64,000 nt of DNA from an uncultured Desulfosarcina sp. (GTDB lineage: Bacteria > Desulfobacterota > Desulfobacteria > Desulfobacterales > Desulfosarcinaceae), in the NCBI GenBank assembly GCA_963674945.2, contig CAXXWQ010000002.1, positions 192,001-256,000 on the forward strand, written 5' to 3'. The position numbers and the translations under genes were made by a program. The notes under the pieces are model-generated. The model had not been told where the DNA came from and searched no databases. It worked only from the letters and a program-made list of their open reading frames with translations. Positions 1 through 10,273 of this stretch are shown in pieces (position 1 is the stretch's first letter; each line of letters starts with the position of its first letter).

Positions 1-2
1 TC

Positions 3-1106
3 TTCCGGGAACTGGACATGCTCATCGAAGCCGGCAACATCGAACGCTTTGCCCAAAACTTCAAGAATGTGGACGAAATCCACATTCCCTCCGTTTACTG
101 GGATTTTACATCCAAGTCGGTGCTGGTCATGGAGCATATCGAAGGGATCAAGATGGATCGGGTGGAGGAGATTCGAAGCCAGGGTATCGATCCCGAATCG
201 GTGGCCATGATCGGGCTTCGTTCTTTTTCCCGGCAGCTCATGGTCTCCGGAATTTTTCATGCCGATCCCCATCCGGGGAACACCATCGTCATGCGTGACG
301 GACGTGTCGGCCTTGTTGATTTCGGCATCGTGGGATATCTGGACGAAGAGACCATGATGCAAATCGCACATCTTTTCCTGGGATTTTCCGAACACGACTA
401 CGACATGGTAATGGAGGCATTCGAATTGGCCGGCCTGGTGGACCCGAAGTCCATGGACCTAAAAAGCTTTCGGGAAGACCTCAAGGACATGGCCGAACCT
501 TTTTATGGCCGAAGTTTGAAAACCATTTCGGTCAAGGATGTATACGATCAGGTGATGCGCCTGGTGTTCAAATACCGAATCTGTCTGCCCCGGAACCTTT
601 TGCTCCTCTTCAAGACCTTCATCCAGACAGAGGCCCTGGGAAAGATTCTCGGTTCCGATGCCAGCTTGCTGGAGGTGACACGACCCTACGCGGAGAAGCT
701 TGTCAGACGGGGCTATGAAGCCCACAAGGTGCTGAAAAATATGGGGCGGGACGCGAAACTGTTCGGTGGCTACCTGCGCCAGATGCCCCACCTGGCCCAT
801 GGTCTCTTTAAAAAAATGGCCACCGAAAATCCACGTGTGGAACTGGATCATACGGGCCTTACGTCCATGTCCAACAAATTCGAAAGCGGCATCAACCGTC
901 TCACCATGGGGTTGGTGGTGGCCGCTTCGCTCATCGCCGCCGCACTGATTCTGAACTCCAAACGAGAGGTGTTCGTTATCGAGGTCGATTTCTGGGGATT
1001 GCAGACCCTTTCGATCACCGACCTTTTGGGCGTTGCCGGTTATGTCATCGCAACGATTCTGGGGGTGTGGTTAGTAATGTCCATCCTCCGCTCTAACAAA
1101 AGATAA
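3..1106 (+). CDS. ABC1/AarF/UbiB family atypical protein kinase (5' truncated by window edge)
   Basis: Motifs ELDMLIEA, GIFHADPHPGN and LVDFGIVG, plus two C-terminal TM helices; the frame is open back to position 3 (FRELDM). Confidence 0.9.
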   Translation, partial: FRELDMLIEAGNIERFAQNFKNVDEIHIPSVYWDFTSKSVLVMEHIEGIKMDRVEEIRSQGIDPESVAMIGLRSFSRQLMVSGIFHADPHPGNTIVMRDGRVGLVDFGIVGYLDEETMMQIAHLFLGFSEHDYDMVMEAFELAGLVDPKSMDLKSFREDLKDMAEPFYGRSLKTISVKDVYDQVMRLVFKYRICLPRNLLLLFKTFIQTEALGKILGSDASLLEVTRPYAEKLVRRGYEAHKVLKNMGRDAKLFGGYLRQMPHLAHGLFKKMATENPRVELDHTGLTSMSNKFESGINRLTMGLVVAASLIAAALILNSKREVFVIEVDFWGLQTLSITDLLGVAGYVIATILGVWLVMSILRSNKR

Positions 1107-1107
1107 C

Positions 1108-1221
1108 GGTTTCGTAAGAGGCCCGATACCGGCGTTACGCGAATCCGACGTCACTGCGACGTACTCTTTGTACGTCTCGTTCCTTACGGATCCGCAATCC
1201 TTGCGGGCCTCTTACGAAGCC
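1108..1221. repeat. MITE/REP-like element, family A, with 18-bp terminal inverted repeats
   Basis: GGTTTCGTAAGAGGCCCG (1108-1125) and CGGGCCTCTTACGAAGCC (1204-1221) match at 17/18; the core is similar to the reverse complement of 26666-26790. Confidence 0.85.
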
Positions 1222-1325
1222 TCTGAAAATCCGTCCTTTGACGTCATCAAAGTATCGTATTGGCGTAAACACGAACTCCTAACGATGCGTTATTAAAAAA
1301 ATCAATTGTGTTCTTGGAGTGTTAC

Positions 1326-2822
1326 ATGCGTATCCCCACAATAATTCCGAGTCTATTTGTTATGATCCTGATGGCTGTCGGTCCTGCCCAAAGCAGTGAG
1401 ACGAATGTCAGCGACGCCACCCAGGAATGCCTGGACTGCCATGGCGTCTTTCATCCGGGAATCGTCGCCGACTGGGAAAAGAGCCGCCATGGCCGGACGA
1501 CCCCCAAGGCCGCTTTGGCCAGGGAAGGCATGATGCGACGTCTTTCCAGTGACAATGTACCGGAGCCATTGCGGGCAAACCGTGTGGGTTGTGCTGAGTG
1601 CCACACCTTGCGGGGCGATGCCCACACCGACACCTTCGAACATAACGGCTATGATATCCATGTCGTCGTCACCCCGGACGATTGCGCCACATGCCACGTC
1701 ACCGAGCGGGCGCAGTTTGGCGAAAACATCATGGCCATGGCCGAAAAGAATCTATCCGAAAATCCGGTTTATAAAGATTTGCAGCGAACGATCCTGGGCC
1801 CGGCAACCATTGCCGAAACCACCGTTCATTTTACGCCGGCCAATGACATGACCCGGGCAGACGCCTGCTACTATTGCCATGGGACCCGTCTTGCGGTCAC
1901 CGGCACCAAGATTCGGGACACCGACGCCGGTGAACTGGAATTTCCCGTTATTTCGGGCTGGCCCAACCAGGGCGTGGGAAGGGTGAACCTGGACGGTAGC
2001 CGCGGCGCCTGCTCGGCCTGCCACACCCGACATAACTTTTCCATCGAAATGGCCAGAAAGCCGTATACTTGCAAGGAGTGCCACGTGGGACCGGACGTGC
2101 CCGCCTATAAGGTCTATTCTGCCAGCAAACACGGCAATCTCTTTTCCGCCCTGGGACACCAATGGGATTTCGATGCGGTGCCTTGGATGGTGGGGCGGGA
2201 TATTCCAGCGCCCACATGTGCCACCTGCCACATCAGTCTGACGGTAAACGCTGATGGGGATGTGATCAACGAGCGGTCCCATAAGATGAGCGACCGGCTG
2301 GGGTGGCGCATCTTCGGACTGATCTACGCCCACCCCCAACCCAGGGGGCCGGACACCACCGTGATCAGAAGCCCAAAGGGATTAACCCTGCCCACAGACC
2401 TGGATGGCGGGCTGGCCACCGGTTGCTTGATCAGCGAAGATGAAATTGCCGGTAGGCGCGACACCATGCAGCGTACCTGCCTGGCATGTCACGATACCTC
2501 CTGGATAAAAGGCTACTTTGCCCGGCTGGACAACACGATCGCCACCTCCAACGGTTCGGTCCGGGCCGCCACCCGACTGATGGAATCGGTTTGGGAAAAA
2601 GGATACGCGACGGGGATAGGTCAAGGTGGCAGCATCTTCGACGAGTACATCGAACGGCGTTGGAGCGACGTCTGGCTGCTGTACGCCAACAACATCCGGT
2701 TCGTCGCGGCCATGGCCGGTGGCGGGGACTACGGCGTATTCGAAGACGGTCGCTACCATTTGACCAAAAGCCTTATGGAGATGCAGGACTGGATTCAGAC
2801 ACGCAACATTCTGAAAAAATGA
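1326..2822 (+). CDS. Periplasmic octaheme cytochrome c, hydroxylamine oxidoreductase (HAO)-like
   Basis: Eight CxxCH motifs (CLDCH, CAECH, CATCH, CYYCH, CSACH, CKECH, CATCH, CLACH), signal peptide, HAO-like PGIVADWEKSRH; GGAG upstream of ATG 1326. Confidence 0.85.
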   Translation: MRIPTIIPSLFVMILMAVGPAQSSETNVSDATQECLDCHGVFHPGIVADWEKSRHGRTTPKAALAREGMMRRLSSDNVPEPLRANRVGCAECHTLRGDAHTDTFEHNGYDIHVVVTPDDCATCHVTERAQFGENIMAMAEKNLSENPVYKDLQRTILGPATIAETTVHFTPANDMTRADACYYCHGTRLAVTGTKIRDTDAGELEFPVISGWPNQGVGRVNLDGSRGACSACHTRHNFSIEMARKPYTCKECHVGPDVPAYKVYSASKHGNLFSALGHQWDFDAVPWMVGRDIPAPTCATCHISLTVNADGDVINERSHKMSDRLGWRIFGLIYAHPQPRGPDTTVIRSPKGLTLPTDLDGGLATGCLISEDEIAGRRDTMQRTCLACHDTSWIKGYFARLDNTIATSNGSVRAATRLMESVWEKGYATGIGQGGSIFDEYIERRWSDVWLLYANNIRFVAAMAGGGDYGVFEDGRYHLTKSLMEMQDWIQTRNILKK

Positions 2823-2842
2823 CGATGAAAAGCAGAAGGGAT

Positions 2843-2992
2843 TTCTAAGGAACTCGTTCATCATTACAAATAAAAAAATTCCATAAAAAGCTTTTCCCAT
2901 TCGATTCATCGACAGAACAATACAAAAATTTGTTTCTTTCGTAATACTGTTTTGGCCATCTTTGGCCTGGAAAAGCTTTTTACGAAGCCGTT
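2843..2992. repeat. AT-rich dispersed repeat, family C copy 1, ending in a family-A terminal repeat half
   Basis: Aligns by eye with 59454-59589 from TTCTAAGGAACTCG to GGCCTGGAAAAGCT; ends in CTTTTTACGAAGCCGTT. Confidence 0.85.
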
Positions 2993-3008
2993 GTAAGGAG
3001 CGCTATCG

Positions 3009-3677
3009 ATGGAACTGACCCCTGATTTGCACGCCTTTATCTGGCATTCTGAAACGGTGAACAACTGCAACGCCTATCTGATCCGTTCGAAGGAGAGGAA
3101 CATCCTCATCGATCCGGGCCACCTGGCACACTTCGATCACGTCCGCAGGGAATTGACCGATCTGGGCCTGTCGGTCGAGGATGTGGATATGGTAATTTGT
3201 ACCCATGCCCATTCGGATCACATGGAGTCCGTGGGCCTTCTTGCCGAGACATCGACCCTTTTCGCACTGCACACCGCAGATTGGGATATGGTGGAGATAG
3301 GGACACCGGTTTTCAAAGGTGTTCCCAATATGGATCCGAAACGCTACGAGCCGGATCTGTTTCTGACCGAAGGGGAGTTGAAGGTGGGGGACATTTCATT
3401 GACCATCTACCATACACCCGGTCACTCTCCCGGATCCATAACCATCCACTGGCCGGCGACCGGCGCCCTGTTTACCGGAGACCTGATATTCCAGGAGGCG
3501 CTGGGGCGCACCGATCTTCCCGGTGGAAACGGCAAGCTCCTCAAAGAAAGCATCCGGCGGATGGCGGAGGTGGATGCGGCCTGGCTGCTTTCCGGGCACG
3601 GGGATGTAATATCGGGAGCCGAAGCGGTCCACGCCAATTTCGAGCAGGTGGAGCGCTTTTGGTTTGGTTATGTTTGA
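3009..3677 (+). CDS. MBL-fold metallo-hydrolase (glyoxalase II-like)
   Basis: THAHSDH, HTPGHSPG, FTGD and SGHG motifs; RBS AAGGAG. Confidence 0.9.
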   Translation: MELTPDLHAFIWHSETVNNCNAYLIRSKERNILIDPGHLAHFDHVRRELTDLGLSVEDVDMVICTHAHSDHMESVGLLAETSTLFALHTADWDMVEIGTPVFKGVPNMDPKRYEPDLFLTEGELKVGDISLTIYHTPGHSPGSITIHWPATGALFTGDLIFQEALGRTDLPGGNGKLLKESIRRMAEVDAAWLLSGHGDVISGAEAVHANFEQVERFWFGYV

Positions 3678-3958
3678 TTGGTAATTATTTAAATATAATT
3701 TGGCCATTTTTTTTCATATAGGTATTTTTTTCTCTATTCCATCGCCCCCGTTATAATCGCTGAAATCCCCGGTTCTCGCCATCTCGTAAAGATTTAAATG
3801 CTTTGATCTTAATATGTTATCTATTCAAAACCAAAACTGGCCGAACCATCTGCCCACCGATTTCGAAACCGGTATCTTGGTTTCATGCCTCCACGCCAAC
3901 TTGATTTTAACTCTCTGTAATCATAGCTTATATATTGTTTTTTGGAAGTAATGCCGTG

Positions 3959-3975
3959 TTGGTATCCAAATTGCT
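3959..3975 (+). promoter_or_regulatory. sigma54 (-24/-12) promoter upstream of the PEP-CTERM gene
   Basis: TTGGTATCCAAATTGCT fits GG-N10-GC with TTGC, about 60 bp upstream of ATG 4034. Confidence 0.65.
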
Positions 3976-4033
3976 ACATCTGGTATCAGAACCAATCCTT
4001 TCATTGTTCATCACCAACGCCACGGACCAAGAC

Positions 4034-4927
4034 ATGAAAAAAATCCTGCCCACATCGATCCTGATATCCTGTCTTATCATCCTTTTTTTTATCTGTTACG
4101 CCATTTATACCAATAATTTTACCAATGCACAGGCATTGAACAAAATCGGACAAGATCCGGCGTCGGAGAGACAGGCCGATCTTGTCCCACATGAACCGGA
4201 TCGCGTAACAACCGGTGAAGCCGGAGATACGGAGGACTCCTACGAGCCGTTCTCATACGGTCATTCCATCCTCGCCAGAAAAGGGTCATTGGAAGCGATA
4301 GGTGCATTGATGGAGGATGGATGGGAACGTTACCAGCGCATGGCACGCAGTCCATCATTGGCTGATGGTGAGGTGGTCCAGTGGATTATCGAAGAGAACC
4401 ATCGGTTGACAGATGAGGACCATCCAATGGCAGGCTTGGGAGCGGAAGATTGGGGTAGGGATGATCTGCTTGCATGGGTAACCGGCGACGATAGCCTGGC
4501 CGTCACGGTGTTGGATAGGATCCCGGCTGTCACTTATTCGGGTTTTTCGGCCAGATCGGCGGCCGGTTCCAACGGATCCCATCCGGACTTGGGTTCATCA
4601 CCATCGGGCGGTGGCAGCAGTTCGTCCCAAAACCCGAGTGCTCCCTATCAGGCTCCGTATCCACCGATCGCCGGCGGTTCCAGGGCGCCTCAAGGCCCGC
4701 ACCCTCCTTCTTTTCCGGTCCCGGGCACACCGACACCACCAAGTGATCCTGTCCAGCCGCCGATCCCTTATGATCCGCCATCGGGAGAACCAACCTGGCC
4801 CGTTGACCCACCGGAGGACCCCGGCAGTCCGGCGCCGGTGCCAGAGCCATCCACGTTGGCACTTCTGGCTGCCGGTATCCTGGGGCTTGCCGGAGTGACC
4901 CGTGCCTCAAAAAAAAACGTAAAATGA
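4034..4927 (+). CDS. PEP-CTERM sorting-domain protein with Pro-rich linker
   Basis: C-terminal VPEPSTLALLAAGILGLAGV followed by a basic tail; hydrophobic N-terminus; Pro/Ser-rich spacer. Confidence 0.85.
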   Translation: MKKILPTSILISCLIILFFICYAIYTNNFTNAQALNKIGQDPASERQADLVPHEPDRVTTGEAGDTEDSYEPFSYGHSILARKGSLEAIGALMEDGWERYQRMARSPSLADGEVVQWIIEENHRLTDEDHPMAGLGAEDWGRDDLLAWVTGDDSLAVTVLDRIPAVTYSGFSARSAAGSNGSHPDLGSSPSGGGSSSSQNPSAPYQAPYPPIAGGSRAPQGPHPPSFPVPGTPTPPSDPVQPPIPYDPPSGEPTWPVDPPEDPGSPAPVPEPSTLALLAAGILGLAGVTRASKKNVK

Positions 4928-4940
4928 AGATTGACTTTCA

Positions 4941-5465
4941 TCAGGCTTCGTCGATGATCGCCTCTATTTCATCCATCGTCTGCCGATTTAGGGCGGCACG
5001 TTCCCTTCGATAGGCCGGATCTTTGTTGGGGTTCGGGACAACCGCCGACCCCCGGACGCCGTGGTCCCGGGTGAGCCGGTCCCGTGAAGTTTCCTTTGCG
5101 ACATCCATGCGTTCGGTCTGCCGATGAACGTGAAGTGAAAGGCGTTTTTCCAATGAATGGGCAATGGCCGGATCGATGACTGCAAGAAATTGAAGCCAGC
5201 GCCGGTTGTCTTTTTCCGGGTCGATGCGCTCACCTGTGGCAGAGAGTACAATCCGCCGGTCATCGACCTTCAGTTCCTCCTGCAATTGAGAAATTCGGTC
5301 CCGCAGCGCCTCGACGGTCAGAGCGCCGTCGTCGAAATTTGCGAGTAATCCGTTCAACCGTTTCCGGAAATCCTCATTTTGCTGCCGCTCCTTCTCTTCG
5401 GAAGACATGGAGAGGTGACGGGTCCTTTCCATTACAAGGTCCAGCGTGCTTTTTATTTCACCCAT
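4941..5465 (-). CDS. Hypothetical helical protein
   Basis: Open frame starting MGEIKSTLDLVMERT with an AAGGA-like RBS; helical, charged composition. Confidence 0.7.
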   Translation of the reverse strand: MGEIKSTLDLVMERTRHLSMSSEEKERQQNEDFRKRLNGLLANFDDGALTVEALRDRISQLQEELKVDDRRIVLSATGERIDPEKDNRRWLQFLAVIDPAIAHSLEKRLSLHVHRQTERMDVAKETSRDRLTRDHGVRGSAVVPNPNKDPAYRRERAALNRQTMDEIEAIIDEA

Positions 5466-5736
5466 TTCCTTACTCTTTCTGATGCATCCGTAACATCCAC
5501 GATCTTGATCATATCGAAGGGGGTATCCGTCTGTGACGACACCGAGACTTTCGATATCACCAACGTTATCCGAAGTACAACCCAATTGAAATGGTGCCGT
5601 GCCTTTGAATCTATGTTGCCAATCGTCCGGTTCGGGTTTGAATGCTCCGGCATTCCGTTGCAGAATTGAAAAGCACGATATACAGTGATCGAATTTATGA
5701 AATACGGTGAATTGAAGTGAACGTGATCGATAAAAA

Positions 5737-5777
5737 TTTGTAATGATTACAAAACATTTCTTGGCATAGTATCTGCC
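5737..5777 (+). promoter_or_regulatory. sigma54 promoter with an adjacent perfect palindrome
   Basis: TTGGCATAGTATCTGC (GG-N10-GC) at 5761-5776; palindrome TTTGTAAT-G-ATTACAAA at 5737-5753. Confidence 0.6.
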
Positions 5778-5884
5778 TGAAACGCAGTAAGTGAACGCGG
5801 AATGATTCTTGGCCGATTACTCGATCGATATGGATGAAATATTCACAAGCAATTGACCTGATAAATTCTGAAAGCGGGGAAGAC

Positions 5885-6631
5885 ATGAATCGTAAAATGG
5901 TAATTTTTGCTGTATTATTGGGCGCTTTGTTCATCATTCCCATGGGAACGGCAATGGCCGAGACGCCCCAGGAAAAAGGGTGGCAGATAAAAAAAGCCAT
6001 CGATGAATTGCCGGTGGTTGAGAAGATGACCAACGAGGTGGCATTCCGAATCTACGATGCCCAGGGAAAGCTGTTGTTTACGAAAAAGTCACGCGCAGCG
6101 ATCTTTACCGAAAATTACAATGACGCGGAAAATCGTTTGGACCGCAACATCAGCTATTTCTTTGCTCCCGCCGATGACAAGGGCAACAGCGCCTTGATGA
6201 TCGAGTATCCGGGGGACAAGGAGGATGACCAGTGGGTCTACCTGAAGGGATTACGAAAACCCAAACGGATTATCGGTTCCGATAAGGGCTCATCTTTCAT
6301 GGGATCCGATTTTTCCAACGGCGATGTTTCCCCCATTGATATCGATGACAGCCGTTATACCTGGCTTGGGACGGAAGCGCCCGCTGCCACAGACACCGGC
6401 GCCAATGTGGAAAAAAGTGCCGGCAGCAGCGGCGCTGCAGGCGTTTCGGGGTTATCGGTCAACATCGGCGGATATCTCAAGACCTTGGGGTATTGGAGCC
6501 AAGAACGCTATTCCGATACGTTCTGGCAGGAGATGTACCGGAACCTTCCCGCCCGCCCGGCCGATCAGGAACTCAGCGGCTATACCAATGTCGGTACGCG
6601 ACTGCAGGCGGAAGTGAAATACTCTTTTTAA
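5885..6631 (+). CDS. LolA-like outer-membrane lipoprotein-sorting protein fragment fused to beta-barrel fragments (probable deletion chimera or pseudogene)
   Basis: FFAPADDKG, DDQWVYL and KRI..DK..SFMGSDFS are LolA-like, but the domain ends abruptly at YTWLGTE; then SVNIGGYLKT and a C-terminal AEVKYSF beta-signal. Confidence 0.65.
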   Translation: MNRKMVIFAVLLGALFIIPMGTAMAETPQEKGWQIKKAIDELPVVEKMTNEVAFRIYDAQGKLLFTKKSRAAIFTENYNDAENRLDRNISYFFAPADDKGNSALMIEYPGDKEDDQWVYLKGLRKPKRIIGSDKGSSFMGSDFSNGDVSPIDIDDSRYTWLGTEAPAATDTGANVEKSAGSSGAAGVSGLSVNIGGYLKTLGYWSQERYSDTFWQEMYRNLPARPADQELSGYTNVGTRLQAEVKYSF

Positions 6632-6648
6632 AGCGGAGTTTGCCAACG

Positions 6649-9600
6649 ATGGGAGTTCTCGGTCGATTTTCAACACGCTATCCCAAAGCAATTATGCTGG
6701 CCGTTTTGGGACTGACGGTTTTTTTCACGTATCAGTTTATAACGAAATCCTACGTAGAGTCAGATCCTTATAAATTCATTCCGACGGATTTGGAAAGTGT
6801 CAAAGCCAACGACTATTATCAAAAAAACTATGACTTTAAAGAATCGTTTGTTATCGGCATAGAGTCTGTTGATACCGGGATTATGAATCCGCCGGTGCTG
6901 CGGAGCATCGAGAGTATCGTCATAGAGCTGAAAGCGCTGAAAACCCGAAAGATCATCCACAGCAAATTGACCGGAAGAACCGAAGAAATTGAGATGCCCA
7001 TCGGTTTTGATATCAATGATATCAGCAGCATCTCCGGACTGGAGGATGGAGTCCTGGACAAGGAGACCGGTGCGGTCGTCACCGGCAGCGTCATACAAAA
7101 ATTAAAAAAAGAAGCGGGCATTCCTTTCACCGAAGCCAATGAAACGTTGCTGCCCGAATCGGATGAGAATCTTTTAAAGATTATCCCCGCTTTACAGGAT
7201 CACATTCAAAACGATCGGCTGTTTCGCGGCAACATGCTCTCTGAAGACGGCAAAGCGACCGCCATTCATGTCCCCATGATCAACAAATGGGACTATAGAA
7301 GGCGTTTTTCCATCCTGGAATTGGAAACGGCCCTGGACTCCGACTTGCTGAAAACCAGGTTCCAGGGAAAGACCTCCTTTTTCCCCTTTACTGTTTATGG
7401 CAAGACGATTGACGGTGTGGTGTACGATGATGCGTTTATCGAAGAGCATTCGAAAAAAATCTCTGAGCGGTTAAGAAATCATCTCATCGCGTATCTGAAA
7501 CCCGCTTACCTTGAATATCCCGAACTGAAACAATTATTAAGCAAAGCGCTTACCCGGAATCGTTTTAATGAGATTGTCCGCGTTACCCAAAAACGGGATT
7601 TTTTCATGAATCCCAATATGTTAACCTGGGAGGTGTTCACCAATAAGCTATACGATTTCACGTTGGAACAGATCGATCCCCTAAGCTATGAAAATCTTGA
7701 ATTTCAACTTCCGGATGTGAGAGAAATTTACAACATGTTGGAAGTATATGATCACGTCCGAAATATTCTGGACCGAAACAGCATATCCGGAGTGAAGGCC
7801 TATGTGGCCGGACAGCCGGTCATGCTTGCCGCGTTGTTTAGAGCGATCAATACGGATTTTGGATTGCTGCTTCCCATCGCGTTGCTGGTGATGGTGTTTA
7901 TGCTTGCGGTCAGCTTCAGGAGTTTTAAAGGTGTGGTGATACCATTTATCACGGTTGTGCTATCCGTGATTTGGTCCTACGGCTTGATGGCCCTGACAGG
8001 CACCCCGATTACACCGATCACGTCAATCACTCCGATCGTTCTGTTGGCAATCGGCAGTGCCTATGGCATCCATCTGCTGAATCGATATCTGGAGGATGCG
8101 TGGAATTTGGATGATCGCCGCAAGATTCTGCGCAGATCGATCCAGGGTGTGGGTGCGGCGATCGTGATGGCAGGCTTGACGACATTCGGGGGGTTTATTT
8201 CACTTTCATCCTCTTCCATGGTAATGATTCAGCATTTTTCGGTTTTTACCTCCTTCGGCATCATTGTGGCGCTTGTGCTCACCTTGACCCTCAGCCCCGC
8301 GATTCTGTGCTACTGGAAGCGGCCTCGCCAAAAACGGTCTGTATCTGATCAAAATGAAGATGCGCCTTCCGGCTTTTTGGAAAAAATGCTGGTTGGCCTG
8401 TCAAAAATCGTTACTTCGTCCCCAAAGAAAGTGTTGACGATTTTTGCCGTAATTTCGGTGATAAGCGCCTTTATGATAAAGGACCTTCAATTTGAAGGAA
8501 GCATGGCTGAAAATTTCAGGAAAGATCATCCGGTACGGATGAGCACCCATTTCATCGATCGCTATCTGACCGGAACCGGACAGATTGCAATGATGTTTAC
8601 ATTCAGGGATCACGTCAACCTGGAAAACCAATGGCTTCAAGATCAGCTCCGCAAGCGAAGCAGAGCGTTCGCCACCGAATGGCAAATGTTTTCCGACGAG
8701 ACGAACCTGGATGATTCGCCGGTGAATGCGTTTGTCGTCAAAATGATTCATATGTTCGAACAGCCGAAACGTTACGGACAGAAAATGGAGCCGTCCATCA
8801 TCCTGATGAATGATTTGTTGAATGAGGAATATATCGTCGAGTTTCAAAAGCAAAGTGCGGCAACGTCCGAAACAAAAGACGCTGCTCTCGACGCATTGCT
8901 TGGAGAGGAAACGGTTGCAAATCACGATTCCGGTTCGGGACTGGATGGGCTTGCCGGTTTGGCGGAAACCGTCGCGTCAATGCCAGATCATGTCCGGGAC
9001 GCGACATTCGCCGGTTACGGCACCGACCAAATCAACGGATTCAAGGATCTTAATCGGAGGCTGGGCCGGTCCGAAGAGAGTTGGGAGAACACGGGCAAAT
9101 CGATCATCAAGCTCCGAAGCCTGAAAATAACACCCAACGGCACGTGTATGGTTCGTCATTGGAATGTGTTACAGGATCTATTCGCAGCCGACGTCAAACA
9201 ACCCTATGTGCTTCATAAACTCGAAAAGGTTCGGGAACAATTGCTTTCCCTGGAAGAACCCAACGTGGATCTTGGGGAAAGGTCGGTGGGGCCGACCGGT
9301 TTTGTCTTCGGGCCGGTGGATTTAGTGCGGAAAACATACAGCCTGTTTTATCATGATGAAGACCCCGCCTACAAAAAAATTCCCGATACCCGTACCGACG
9401 GCCTTGGCGATCCCACACTGACCGACAGAGGAGTTATCGGCGTGGTTCTGAACCAAGCGCAGAACTCAAACCGGGATACGTTCAACGGCATGATACGCCC
9501 CGATCTCAAAGAGTTCCATTTCTCGGTTTTGGTTAGAAGCTCACTAACGGCATTCACCACGGTGTATTTGGAAAAAGTTAAGAAAATACTGGCGCGGGAA

Positions 9601-10215
9601 TTTCCCGTCGATGACCCCTATATCGAATCGATTTCCATGGGCGGTCATAATCTGACCACGATGGAGATCGCCAATATGATTATAAAATCTCAATTTTCCA
9701 GTATTGCACAAGCCATGGTCTTTATTTTCATTATTACTTTTTTTATCTTCAGATCATGGGTTGGCGGCATCTATTCAATGATTCCACTGGTGTTCACGAT
9801 CCTGACAAATTTCGGAATCCTCGTTATTATGGGTTGGAAGGTGAATTCCGGGACGAGTATGGTGGCGTCTATTTCCGTCGGCATCGGTGTCGACTATACC
9901 ATCCATTTCCTCGAGCGTTTCAAAGCCCAGCTAAAGCGAGGGGACACATTCGATCGGGCATATTTCAACACCATCCGTTCCTCGGGAAAGGCGATTGTCA
10001 TCAATGCCGCTTCCGTCGCGGTCGGTTTTGCGGTGTTGCTGCTGGGGGAGATGGAAAACAACCGGGCGATGGGACTGCAGATGGCCGGTGCCATGATTTA
10101 CAGCTCCGTTGCGGCACTGACGCTGTTGCCGGCGCTGATTTCTGTCGCCAAACCGAAATTCCTGACCAAGGTCGGTGAGGACTGCCAAGTTAAAAGCCTG
10201 GAAATGAAGAACTGA
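6649..10215 (+). CDS. MMPL/RND family transporter with large extracytoplasmic insertions (1188 aa)
   Basis: Two repeats of one TM + soluble domain + five TMs; motifs AIGSAYGIHLLNRY and GIGVDYTIHF; GCGGAG upstream of ATG 6649. Confidence 0.9.
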   Translation: MGVLGRFSTRYPKAIMLAVLGLTVFFTYQFITKSYVESDPYKFIPTDLESVKANDYYQKNYDFKESFVIGIESVDTGIMNPPVLRSIESIVIELKALKTRKIIHSKLTGRTEEIEMPIGFDINDISSISGLEDGVLDKETGAVVTGSVIQKLKKEAGIPFTEANETLLPESDENLLKIIPALQDHIQNDRLFRGNMLSEDGKATAIHVPMINKWDYRRRFSILELETALDSDLLKTRFQGKTSFFPFTVYGKTIDGVVYDDAFIEEHSKKISERLRNHLIAYLKPAYLEYPELKQLLSKALTRNRFNEIVRVTQKRDFFMNPNMLTWEVFTNKLYDFTLEQIDPLSYENLEFQLPDVREIYNMLEVYDHVRNILDRNSISGVKAYVAGQPVMLAALFRAINTDFGLLLPIALLVMVFMLAVSFRSFKGVVIPFITVVLSVIWSYGLMALTGTPITPITSITPIVLLAIGSAYGIHLLNRYLEDAWNLDDRRKILRRSIQGVGAAIVMAGLTTFGGFISLSSSSMVMIQHFSVFTSFGIIVALVLTLTLSPAILCYWKRPRQKRSVSDQNEDAPSGFLEKMLVGLSKIVTSSPKKVLTIFAVISVISAFMIKDLQFEGSMAENFRKDHPVRMSTHFIDRYLTGTGQIAMMFTFRDHVNLENQWLQDQLRKRSRAFATEWQMFSDETNLDDSPVNAFVVKMIHMFEQPKRYGQKMEPSIILMNDLLNEEYIVEFQKQSAATSETKDAALDALLGEETVANHDSGSGLDGLAGLAETVASMPDHVRDATFAGYGTDQINGFKDLNRRLGRSEESWENTGKSIIKLRSLKITPNGTCMVRHWNVLQDLFAADVKQPYVLHKLEKVREQLLSLEEPNVDLGERSVGPTGFVFGPVDLVRKTYSLFYHDEDPAYKKIPDTRTDGLGDPTLTDRGVIGVVLNQAQNSNRDTFNGMIRPDLKEFHFSVLVRSSLTAFTTVYLEKVKKILAREFPVDDPYIESISMGGHNLTTMEIANMIIKSQFSSIAQAMVFIFIITFFIFRSWVGGIYSMIPLVFTILTNFGILVIMGWKVNSGTSMVASISVGIGVDYTIHFLERFKAQLKRGDTFDRAYFNTIRSSGKAIVINAASVAVGFAVLLLGEMENNRAMGLQMAGAMIYSSVAALTLLPALISVAKPKFLTKVGEDCQVKSLEMKN

Positions 10216-10273
10216 TGCGTCCGTTCGCCTGGATGATCGAACAGTCTCGAAAGCAGGCGGAACGTTCAGCTTC

